DNA of 64,000 bases from Candidatus Iainarchaeum sp. GTDB lineage: Archaea > Iainarchaeota > Iainarchaeia > Iainarchaeales > DTGL01. Under the pieces are notes generated by a model. That model was not told the origin of the DNA. It was given only the letters and a program-made list of their open reading frames with translations, and did not search any database. Location: assembly GCA_026413945.1 (NCBI GenBank), contig JAOAJX010000002.1, positions 4,618 to 68,617 of the forward strand, in the 5' to 3' direction. A program made the position numbers and the translations under genes. Numbering within the stretch: the first letter of the stretch is position 1; every line of letters starts with the position of its first letter. Positions 56,459-64,000 of the stretch are shown piece after piece.

Positions 56459-57670
56459 TCATCTTAAAAGCTCTGGCGCAAAAAGCAAAATAAGGCCAAG
56501 CAGTATAAGTATTGCTCCGCCAATTCCCTTGCAGTATCTTGCGTATTTTTCCCCGAGTTTGCTGCTTAATGCAAAGGCAGCAGTACCAAAAATTAACAGA
56601 TCATCGAGCATGAAAAAGAAAACATAAAGCGTTATATAAAAATAGCGCTCTATTGAAGCAATGGCACTTAAAGCGAGGATTTGAGTAAAAACAGCAGGTA
56701 AAGCAGAGCTACACACAAATTCAATAGAATTTACGACAAAAGCCAAGGCAAAAATACCAAAAATCACAGCAATTGAAAGGGGTTTTGAAACAAGTTCCTC
56801 AATTCTGCTAATTGTTTTTTCATGCGATTTTTCATCGCCAACTTTGCATGTTATTGTGCCTTTAGTGGTTAAGAAATCTTTTAAGCCATATATGCCCCCG
56901 CCAAGTGCAACAAGCCCTATCAATATTGTTACAGACCTAAGATATCCAACAAACAAGAACAAATTAAGCCATGCGGTCATAAACAAGAAATAAAGTATGC
57001 CTGAAGCAAGCACGAAGCTTCCAACAATTAGCCATATCTTTTTTCTCTCCCCGATGCCAACCAAAAGCGCTATTAAATATACAAGAACCCACATAGCACA
57101 GGGATTAAAGCCATCAATCAGGCCGAGAATTATTGCTAAAACTGGAAGAGAAAATGAAGTAAGATCCGTTTTTCCGAGAAATGGCAGTTTAAACTCTTTA
57201 AGATTCTCTTCAAGGCCTTGCGACTTGTGATGGCTAACTTGACCTGCTTGTGCGCGCTTGCATTCCTCAATGCACTCTAGTATTGTGCTTCTTATTTCCT
57301 CTTTAGAATGCACACCAATTAAGGCCCTTATATGATCTTTACCAACAAATATTGCTGGAACTCTGACTCTGGGTTCTAGGCCTACTTCAGAGGCAAGTTT
57401 GTGATAAAGAGAAAGCCCTTCAGGTGTTGAAGCATCATGGAAAAAAAAATTTATATCGCGCATTTCTTTTTGAAGTTCGAGAACAATTGGCCTTTGCTCA
57501 GCGCAATGCGGGCATGTTGGAAGATAAAAGTAATGAACTGCAAAGCCCTCTATTGTTGTGGGCTGGCTTGTCTGTTGGTATAATAAAAGAAAAGTGCCCA
57601 GCATGGCAAGAGCTAAGAAAAGAACCAAATTGAACCTTGAGCCGAAAAAACTCTTTATAGAAGAGAGCAT
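56459..57670 (-). CDS. thioredoxin/glutaredoxin (CPHC) fused to CcdA/DsbD-like TM domain
   Basis: PTCPHC; DGFNPCAMWVL; EFVCSSALP. Confidence 0.85.
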   Translation of the reverse strand: MLSSIKSFFGSRFNLVLFLALAMLGTFLLLYQQTSQPTTIEGFAVHYFYLPTCPHCAEQRPIVLELQKEMRDINFFFHDASTPEGLSLYHKLASEVGLEPRVRVPAIFVGKDHIRALIGVHSKEEIRSTILECIEECKRAQAGQVSHHKSQGLEENLKEFKLPFLGKTDLTSFSLPVLAIILGLIDGFNPCAMWVLVYLIALLVGIGERKKIWLIVGSFVLASGILYFLFMTAWLNLFLFVGYLRSVTILIGLVALGGGIYGLKDFLTTKGTITCKVGDEKSHEKTISRIEELVSKPLSIAVIFGIFALAFVVNSIEFVCSSALPAVFTQILALSAIASIERYFYITLYVFFFMLDDLLIFGTAAFALSSKLGEKYARYCKGIGGAILILLGLILLFAPELLR

Positions 57671-57714
57671 ATTGAGATATTTAGATTAAATGTTTAAATA
57701 ACCTTCTTTTTTTT

Positions 57715-58224
57715 ATGATAAGTATGTATTGCAAATATTCAAAAAAAGCCTTTTTGCTTTTTATTCTGAGCTTCACTATATTTTTGTTAGCTATTGTACT
57801 TAGCGGCTGCATCGAGGAAACAAAAAAAGAGATTAATGCATCAGAGCAAGAAAATATTACCAACTATGGCCAAATTTCACCACAAAAAACCCATGTTGCT
57901 TTATCAATCGAAACCGACAAGAAAGAATACTCATCCAATGAAAATGCAAAGATTAACGTTATTGCGATATCTTCTGCCAGCATTCCAAATGTAAAGGTAA
58001 AAATCTGGGGAATAGAAACTTACACTAGAAATTACATTCAAGATGAAAGAATAGTAAATCTAAAAATCGGGGATAATAGAATAGAGTTCAATACAAAAAT
58101 GCCTTATTGCACTTCTGGCTGTGGTGGCGTATATCCCGGAGCATATTTAATACATGCAACTTTAGAGGCCCAAGGCAATGAAATTGCGCAGGCCAAGACA
58201 GAAATTTTGCTCCTAAATAAATAA
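57715..58224 (+). CDS. putative lipoprotein
   Basis: Hydrophobic stretch ending VLSGCI; Ig-like body with CTSGCGG. Confidence 0.65.
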   Translation: MISMYCKYSKKAFLLFILSFTIFLLAIVLSGCIEETKKEINASEQENITNYGQISPQKTHVALSIETDKKEYSSNENAKINVIAISSASIPNVKVKIWGIETYTRNYIQDERIVNLKIGDNRIEFNTKMPYCTSGCGGVYPGAYLIHATLEAQGNEIAQAKTEILLLNK

Positions 58225-58226
58225 CC

Positions 58227-58460
58227 TTAATCGTGTTCCTCGAAGGCTTTCGCTTGCTCTGGATCATTCTTTTGAATCCATTCCATCAGCATTGCAACAT
58301 GCTCTTTTTCTTCATCCCTGTTGTGCTCCAATATTCTCTTTAGTTTTGTATCTTTTGTGCTAACAATTCTTGTCTCATACCAATTTATTGCCTCAAGCTC
58401 TTCAATCAAGCTTTGCCTTGCCATCTTTAAATCTGTATTTTCAACTTCCTTGGAATACAT
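58227..58460 (-). CDS. short ferritin-like protein (encapsulated-ferritin family)
   Basis: SLIEELEAINWY, ILEHNRDEEKEHVAML.EW. Confidence 0.88.
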   Translation of the reverse strand: MYSKEVENTDLKMARQSLIEELEAINWYETRIVSTKDTKLKRILEHNRDEEKEHVAMLMEWIQKNDPEQAKAFEEHD

Positions 58461-58473
58461 AAATTCACCCCCT

Positions 58474-59256
58474 TTATACCAACATCACAAGCGTAATACC
58501 CATTACGGCACAGCCAACAAAAAAGCCAAAGGTCATTATATGCTGCTTTTCAGACACGCAATCATATGCAACTGGGAGAAGCTCATCTATACAAATATAA
58601 ACCATTATCCCAGCAACAATGGCAAGCGAAGCGCCTATAAGTTGCGCTGACAATAAAGGAACTAAGAAAACTGCAGCAATAACAGCACCTAGCGGCTCAG
58701 CAATGCCGGAAAGAAATGACGCCAAAAAGGCTTTCTTTCTGCTCTTTGTTGCATAATAAACAGGCATAGAAACAGCAAAACCTTCTGCTATGTTGTGTAT
58801 TGCAATCGCTAACGCAATGACAATACCGAGCTTAATAGAACTTAAGCTTGCGGCGAATATTGCAAAGCCTTCTGGAAGGTTGTGTATGGAAACACCGAGT
58901 GCAACGAGCACGCCTATTCTAAACAACCTTTTTTCAGAAACTTTTCCTTTATTTTCATCCTCAAGAAGATAGCTGTGTGGCACAAAAAAGTCAGTAAAAA
59001 AAGCAATGCATGAACCTACAAAGAAAAGAGTTAGTGCAGTTCCATAGCCAAGCACTTCAATGCCTGCTGGCAAAATCTCAACAAATGAAACCATTAGCAT
59101 TACGCCAGTTGCAAAGGCCAGTGAAAAGCCCAAATAATATTTTTTAAAGTCCCTAATAAGAAAAATTAATAAGCCACCAACAGCGGTGCTAATGCCAGCA
59201 AAAAAAGCCAAAAGAAAGCCATTCAGCATACTATGAAAAATTACTGCCAAGAACAT
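58474..59256 (-). CDS. zupT: ZIP family zinc/metal transporter
   Basis: GVMLMVSFVE, IHNLPEG, IHNIAEG, SGIAEP, DELLP. Confidence 0.93.
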   Translation of the reverse strand: MFLAVIFHSMLNGFLLAFFAGISTAVGGLLIFLIRDFKKYYLGFSLAFATGVMLMVSFVEILPAGIEVLGYGTALTLFFVGSCIAFFTDFFVPHSYLLEDENKGKVSEKRLFRIGVLVALGVSIHNLPEGFAIFAASLSSIKLGIVIALAIAIHNIAEGFAVSMPVYYATKSRKKAFLASFLSGIAEPLGAVIAAVFLVPLLSAQLIGASLAIVAGIMVYICIDELLPVAYDCVSEKQHIMTFGFFVGCAVMGITLVMLV

Positions 59257-59314
59257 TTAAAATAATAATTAGTAAAATAAGATAATAGGGTTTGCCGTCA
59301 AATGGGGTTATAAG

Positions 59315-59512
59315 ATGGAATGCAAAAAGGAAAGAAATCTTAAGAATTGTCCATGCTCTTATCAAGGTTGTTCAAGAAAAGGCATTTGCTGTGAATGCCT
59401 TAAGCATCATCGTGAAAATGGTGAATTGCCTGCATGCTATTTTTCTAAAGAAGCAGAAAAAAAATATGATAGGAGCATTGAGGCATTTATAGAAGATTGG
59501 AAAAAGCGCTGA
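59315..59512 (+). CDS. small Cys-rich metal-binding protein (DUF6485-like)
   Basis: [19 protein letters not shown]....LPACYF. Confidence 0.75.
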   Translation: MECKKERNLKNCPCSYQGCSRKGICCECLKHHRENGELPACYFSKEAEKKYDRSIEAFIEDWKKR

Positions 59513-59522
59513 TAGAATTTCT

Positions 59523-60182
59523 TTAGTGAGAGCGATTCTCAAGTATTTTATTTAGTGCGTTAATTTCCATCTGCAGCAAATCCCGAATTTCACCTTTTGC
59601 GCTCTTTATTTCTTGTTTTAATCGTTCCATTTCAGCTTTAATTTCATTTCCTGGCTTTTGTGACCAACTATTAAATTTCTCAAGATAAGCTTTGATAAGT
59701 TTTCTCTGCCTTGGATCATGAAGCTCTTGTGCAGCATGTGGCGTTTTCCTCAATAAGGAAATGGCCTCCCTTTCATGCCAACTGCCAGTTGCTTTAATTT
59801 CACCAATAACGGTTCTTATTGATTGTTCTCCAACTTTAAGCTTTCTAGCAAGCTCTCCTTTACTCCTAACGCCTTTTAATATTTGTTCTACAACTTTTTG
59901 TCTAAGAGCAGCTAGTCTTCTTCTTTCTTTAATAATAATTGCCCTTTTATGCTCAGCAACAATCGACATTGTTTCTGGCTCTAAAGATAAGCGGAAAAGA
60001 TCTCTTTGTACAGCGTCTTGGCTTATTCCCAGCATTGTCGCGAGTTCTTTTGTTGGTATTCCTGGCCTTCTAGTTATAATTTCAATCAATTTCTTGCGCC
60101 TTTCCGCAATGTCTGACCGCCTCAATTTTGGCAACCTGAAAGGCTCTTTTGATGTCATTCCACGATTCTTGCTTATTGGCAT
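59523..60182 (-). CDS. orphan tandem-HTH protein (paralog A)
   Basis: HTH1 PGIPTKELATMLGISQDAVQRDL; HTH2 SKGELARKLKVGEQSI; shared C-terminal helical hairpin. Confidence 0.7.
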   Translation of the reverse strand: MPISKNRGMTSKEPFRLPKLRRSDIAERRKKLIEIITRRPGIPTKELATMLGISQDAVQRDLFRLSLEPETMSIVAEHKRAIIIKERRRLAALRQKVVEQILKGVRSKGELARKLKVGEQSIRTVIGEIKATGSWHEREAISLLRKTPHAAQELHDPRQRKLIKAYLEKFNSWSQKPGNEIKAEMERLKQEIKSAKGEIRDLLQMEINALNKILENRSH

Positions 60183-60183
60183 C

Positions 60184-61209
60184 CTATTTTCTCCTTATTA
60201 GATCACCCAAGCTAAAGCGCTTTTTTTCTTCTGGCTCTTTTTCTTTTTGATCGCCCTTATATGCCCAGCGACCGCCTGCTTGCACATCCTCGGTAATTAC
60301 GTCTTCAAGCACTTCACTGGTGTCTTTATGGCTTTCTGTCTCAAATAAGCTTCTGCGCTTGCTTTTCTTCTTTGCGATTGACAAAGCAAGGAAGATGGCA
60401 ACAACCAGCAAAACCAAGGTTAAGAAAATAGCACTATTTTCAAGAGTAAGAAAACCAAATGCTGGAGTCTTTTTTTCTTCCATTTTTTCCTCAACCTTTC
60501 CGACTCTTTCTGTCAAAACAGTAATTTGTTCATTTAGATCATTATACTGAGCTTTTGCTTCTGAAAGCGATGCCTTTTGCTCATTAAGTGAATCATTTGT
60601 GCTTGAAAGGCTTGTGCTTAGCTGATCAACCTCAGCTTCCAAATCTTGCAATGATTTAGACAATGACTGCAGCTCATTTTTGAGCGATGAAACTTCTGCT
60701 TCATTATTGCTTAGTTTGGTTTCGAGTGATGATGTTTTATCTTTAACCGCATTTATTTCACTCTTAAGGGAATTCAGCTCTGATTTAAGTGAGCTTACAT
60801 CTCTGTTCAAAGCATCAAAATTCGAGGCACTTGCAACCTTGAAAACATTAAAAGTTACAGAATCTTTGCTTTTAGTTGAATTAGCTGCTAAAAGACGTAT
60901 TTCAAGCTCATATTTTCCTGCCTTTAAGGGATTTAGCAGAAGCACAAGGCTTTTATCCCCCAAAGGCGAATATTCCTTATAATAGGCAACATATTCTGCA
61001 TTTGTCTCAACACCTAGCTTTTGAGTGAATATAACCTTATCACCCAAAAGCACACGTATCTCATCAAAGCCGGTTTCGGAAATTTTAGCAAAAGCTGAGA
61101 AACTCGTGCCTTCTGGAACATTTTCTGGCAAAATAAGATTCAATGCAAAAGCATTGGTTAGGAAAAACCATAAAACAAATAATACAAAAGCCCTTTTTAA
61201 AAAAACCAT
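60184..61209 (-). CDS. exported Ig-like plus coiled-coil protein with TM anchor and RWAYKG tail
   Basis: Signal peptide, about 120-aa heptad region, TM, cytoplasmic tail; SD GGTGA-TTTT-ATG. Confidence 0.75.
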   Translation of the reverse strand: MVFLKRAFVLFVLWFFLTNAFALNLILPENVPEGTSFSAFAKISETGFDEIRVLLGDKVIFTQKLGVETNAEYVAYYKEYSPLGDKSLVLLLNPLKAGKYELEIRLLAANSTKSKDSVTFNVFKVASASNFDALNRDVSSLKSELNSLKSEINAVKDKTSSLETKLSNNEAEVSSLKNELQSLSKSLQDLEAEVDQLSTSLSSTNDSLNEQKASLSEAKAQYNDLNEQITVLTERVGKVEEKMEEKKTPAFGFLTLENSAIFLTLVLLVVAIFLALSIAKKKSKRRSLFETESHKDTSEVLEDVITEDVQAGGRWAYKGDQKEKEPEEKKRFSLGDLIRRK

Positions 61210-61285
61210 AAAATCACCCTCCTGATTTGAGCTCATTGCTGCTTTGTTTGTGAAAAACCACTATAATTAAGATATGAGGTATTTA

Positions 61286-61316
61286 ATATATCTTACGGAA
61301 ATTATGCTAAATTTCC
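61286..61316 (-). promoter_or_regulatory. TATA plus upstream palindrome GGAAATT-N6-AATTTCC
   Basis: Perfect 7-6-7 inverted repeat at 61297-61316 abutting the TATA region; near-copy at 62065-62098. Confidence 0.6.
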
Positions 61317-61333
61317 TGTAGCAATAAAAAGCG

Positions 61334-62044
61334 CTAATCTCGCCTCTTCTCGAGTATTTTTTTTAGGGCGTTGACCATCATCTGAAGCTTGTCACGCTCT
61401 TCACCACTGGCTCTTTTAATTTCCAAATTAAGTCTTTTTATCTCGCCATCAATGGCTGGTGTTGGTCTATCCTTCCATTCGGCAAATTTCTCAAGGTAAG
61501 TAGTTAATAGCATTCTTTGCCTCTTATCCATTAATGGCATTTCTCCAACGGCTGATCTTGCAAAGTTTAGTCTTGCTACAAGTTCCTTTTCATAATCGCT
61601 TCCTTTTGTCATAATCTCCCTTACTAAGCTATGAAGAAACTCCTTGCCTATGCCCAGGGCTTTAATGAGTTCTTCCTGACTTAAAATATTGCGCCTTATC
61701 AATTCAAGCAGCTCTCTTTTTTTTATTTCCCTCTTCAAACGTTTATTCAATTCCTTGGCTCTCTTACTCTCTAAAACTACTTGCTTTGTTCTCGGATCAT
61801 TTAATAGCTTAGCTATATAAGACTCAACTGTTGACTTTGGCATACCAAGCATTTGTGCAAGTTCTCTGTGTGTTATCGTTGGTCTTTCACGCAAGATTTC
61901 AATAATTTGCATGCATCTCTGCTCTGCTTCTGCCTTGTTGGCCATTCTTCTCCCAAGAGGTTTTCCTTTTCCATGACTATTTGGGCCTAATGGCATCCTT
62001 CTCATCGATGCTGACATAATCATGGCCTCACTAAAAATCAGCAC
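61334..62044 (-). CDS. orphan tandem-HTH protein (paralog B); true start probably further downstream (62023-61996)
   Basis: HTH1 PTITHRELAQMLGMPKSTVESYI; HTH2 SQEELIKALGIGKEFL; C-terminus RQR.L..YLEKF..W...RD.LQM..NAL.KILE shared with paralog A. Confidence 0.7.
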   Translation of the reverse strand: MLIFSEAMIMSASMRRMPLGPNSHGKGKPLGRRMANKAEAEQRCMQIIEILRERPTITHRELAQMLGMPKSTVESYIAKLLNDPRTKQVVLESKRAKELNKRLKREIKKRELLELIRRNILSQEELIKALGIGKEFLHSLVREIMTKGSDYEKELVARLNFARSAVGEMPLMDKRQRMLLTTYLEKFAEWKDRPTPAIDGEIKRLNLEIKRASGEERDKLQMMVNALKKILEKRRD

Positions 62045-62064
62045 AATTATATTCGAAGTAATTT

Positions 62065-62098
62065 ATATATTTAACGGGAAATTGGCTGATAACTACCC
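62065..62098 (-). promoter_or_regulatory. second copy of the promoter motif (ATATATTTAACGGGAAATT-N7-AACTACCC)
   Basis: Aligns with 61286-61316; the second arm has 2 mismatches. Confidence 0.5.
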
Positions 62099-62137
62099 AA
62101 TATCCTTTTATTTTTTATTTTTCATTGTAGCTCAATA

Positions 62138-62209
62138 GGGCCTGTGGTCTAGTGGTATGACGCCACCTTCACACGGTGGAAGTCAGCGGTTCAATTCCGC
62201 TCAGGCCCA
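62138..62209 (+). tRNA. tRNA-Val(CAC)
   Basis: Anticodon arm CCACC-TTCACAC-GGTGG; GGTTCAATTCC. Confidence 0.96.
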
Positions 62210-62358
62210 TTTTTAGTTTTTGCTTTTTGGAAAAGGAGTTGACTTGACTATGCCTCTATGCTGCCTCTGGACAAAAAATACGCGGTTGAGTAAAATGTTA
62301 TGCACATCTCAATGGCGTATATAAAAAAGCCACCTCTTTTTCCTCTTCCAAACAAGGA

Positions 62359-63909
62359 CTATTTTGCCACAATTACTTTTCCCTTGTGGCCATTTTCCTT
62401 TATTTCAGTGAGCACGGACAAAAGCTGCCATGTTGACCCGGCATAGGCCTTAACAAGAATTATGCTTCTATCACCATATTCAAAGCGCTTCATCACTTCT
62501 ATATCAGCAAATTTATCGCCGATATACTGCCTTGAGTCAGTATTCTTATCCCAGTAGATGTAAATCGACTCGTAAAAAGGCCTCAATGCAGTTTCATCAG
62601 CATAAAGATAAGTTTCTGGCTTTAGTTTTTGCCTTAGATAATCGGCAACCTCTTTATCTGTAACAATGCCATTGGGCATTATTTTAGCAAAAGCAACCCA
62701 CCCAGTCTTGTTTAGCTCAAGCACTGTGCCAAAATTCTCAAGCTCCTGTTTTAAAGCTCCTTCATTCAATTCCCTTGGGAGCCCATAGATGAAAAGGCCG
62801 GCACCTGGCTCAATATCAGCATATATTTTTGAATAATCAACAAGTATCTTGCCATTAGCATATGGCAAAAGTGTCCTGTAAATTTCGGCCCAAGAAAAAT
62901 AAAGAAGCACAACTGAAACAAAAAAAACCACGGCTTCTTTCTTATGCGAAAACAAAAATGAAAACTTATTTGTTTTTTCTTTGCCTTTAATTATTTGGAA
63001 AAGCTCATAAGCACTGAAGTAAGTCATATAAGCAAAGGCCATAAAAAACACTAAGCCAAGCTGGAAATTGCTCACTGGAATATAATAGTCAAAGATTGCA
63101 ACGCTCAAGTAATTTATGGCAAAGGTTATTGCAAGTGCAAATATTGCTTTTGAAATATGGCCTTTGCAGAAATTAAAATAGCGCCTTGCAATAAAAAGAA
63201 TGAAAAGGAAAATAACGCTACTTATGGGTGCTGCTGCAATGCCACCATCAATTATGTATATTAGAAACCCAAGCGCTGATGCGCTTAAGATGAAAAAGTC
63301 AAAGAATGAAAGCTTTGAGGATATTGAAAAAAAGTATGCGATTAGCAAAAGCATAGAAAGAAGCACTATTGAAAGGTAAAGCTTTGCGTAAAGTTCTGCA
63401 TCGGGCAATACCTCAAACCAAGGCCTACCATCATCGTATTTTTGCCCAAAATCAAGACCGATGAGGTTAGCAACATAGTAAACCGAAACCTTTGGAAAGT
63501 GGTTATGGTAGAACTTGCTTGCCTCCCAGTTCTTGTAGTTATCTTCGTAGATTATTGAACCAAACATCCATCTTGGCTTATATTTCACACCAAAGCTTAT
63601 GAATTGGAAAGCGCCTAGGTAAAAGCCAAATGATATTAACACGAGAAAACACACAAGCAACGCTTTTTCATATCGTGAGAAAAAAGTGTGGAGCTTAAAA
63701 AAATAGCCAAAAGCCAAAATCAGCGCGGACAATATAAGCCACGCAAAAGTAACTATGAGCTTTCCCAATGAATAGCCGCTGTAATATGATTTATTTATCG
63801 CATAAAGAGCATTTAGCAATGGCTCATAACTCAGTGCGATTGCAAATAAAAACGCAGCTACTACTGTGAAAACTACAAGCTGAAAGTCAAGCCTTTCCAG
63901 AAGCTTCAT
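62359..63909 (-). CDS. polytopic membrane protein with C-terminal soluble domain, function unknown
   Basis: About 10-11 hydrophobic segments; loop motifs YHNHFPK, DDGRPW, IIDGG. Confidence 0.7.
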   Translation of the reverse strand: MKLLERLDFQLVVFTVVAAFLFAIALSYEPLLNALYAINKSYYSGYSLGKLIVTFAWLILSALILAFGYFFKLHTFFSRYEKALLVCFLVLISFGFYLGAFQFISFGVKYKPRWMFGSIIYEDNYKNWEASKFYHNHFPKVSVYYVANLIGLDFGQKYDDGRPWFEVLPDAELYAKLYLSIVLLSMLLLIAYFFSISSKLSFFDFFILSASALGFLIYIIDGGIAAAPISSVIFLFILFIARRYFNFCKGHISKAIFALAITFAINYLSVAIFDYYIPVSNFQLGLVFFMAFAYMTYFSAYELFQIIKGKEKTNKFSFLFSHKKEAVVFFVSVVLLYFSWAEIYRTLLPYANGKILVDYSKIYADIEPGAGLFIYGLPRELNEGALKQELENFGTVLELNKTGWVAFAKIMPNGIVTDKEVADYLRQKLKPETYLYADETALRPFYESIYIYWDKNTDSRQYIGDKFADIEVMKRFEYGDRSIILVKAYAGSTWQLLSVLTEIKENGHKGKVIVAK

Positions 63910-64000
63910 AAAAGACTATATAAACATGAATATTTTAAATCGCTGCCCATAATAGTAATTTATGCTTACAAAAGAAAATGTGTTTCTAGCAGGAATTTTT

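Noticed and set aside
60480-60830. Heptad region as SMC/phage tape-measure or a DNA repeat
   Set aside because: It is a coiled coil within a signal-peptide/TM protein, with no ATPase head, phage genes or nucleotide-level repeat.
174-61225. Many short antisense or overlapping ORFs in the six-frame track
   Set aside because: They lie opposite well-supported genes, lack motifs and SDs, and are shadow ORFs.
62239-62325. Small ORFs downstream of tRNA-Val (MPLCCLW..., MLPLDKK...)
   Set aside because: No GGTGA-type SD at the usual spacing; no compositional signal.
1-64000. CRISPR array, integrase, transposase, rRNA
   Set aside because: No regularly spaced repeats, recombinase/DDE motifs or rRNA signatures seen. 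The Cas4-like gene has no cas context.

Overview
This is an AT-rich, gene-dense archaeal chromosomal segment. It carries an HMf-type histone, archaeal-type TyrRS/ProRS/AsnRS, a class V FBP aldolase/phosphatase, a geranylgeranyl reductase, A1-U72 tRNA-Gln genes and GGTGA-type ribosome-binding sites. The gene mix suggests a DPANN archaeon, possibly Iainarchaeota/Diapherotrites-like; that assignment is inference. Housekeeping content covers translation, purine salvage, lipid synthesis, nucleotide-sugar and glycosylation clusters, a PadR/COG1361/ABC operon, metal and redox genes, and five tRNAs (one with a 13-nt intron). I found no CRISPR array, integrase or transposase. Unexplained signals: (1) three unannotated 8-13 codon Lys-rich micro-ORFs, each with the same SD geometry as the histone gene and a U-rich tract downstream; (2) a pair of orphan double-HTH paralogs flanking a membrane coiled-coil gene, with two promoters sharing a GGAAATT-N6/7-AATTTCC-type palindrome; (3) an RWAY[RK]G cytoplasmic-tail motif shared by two unrelated surface proteins; (4) an RHH DNA-binding domain fused to a degenerate sugar-nucleotidyltransferase; (5) two candidate structured small RNAs; (6) a catalytically degenerate PurN-like protein; (7) two doubly frameshifted genes. 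All product calls come from motif recognition only; no database search was run.
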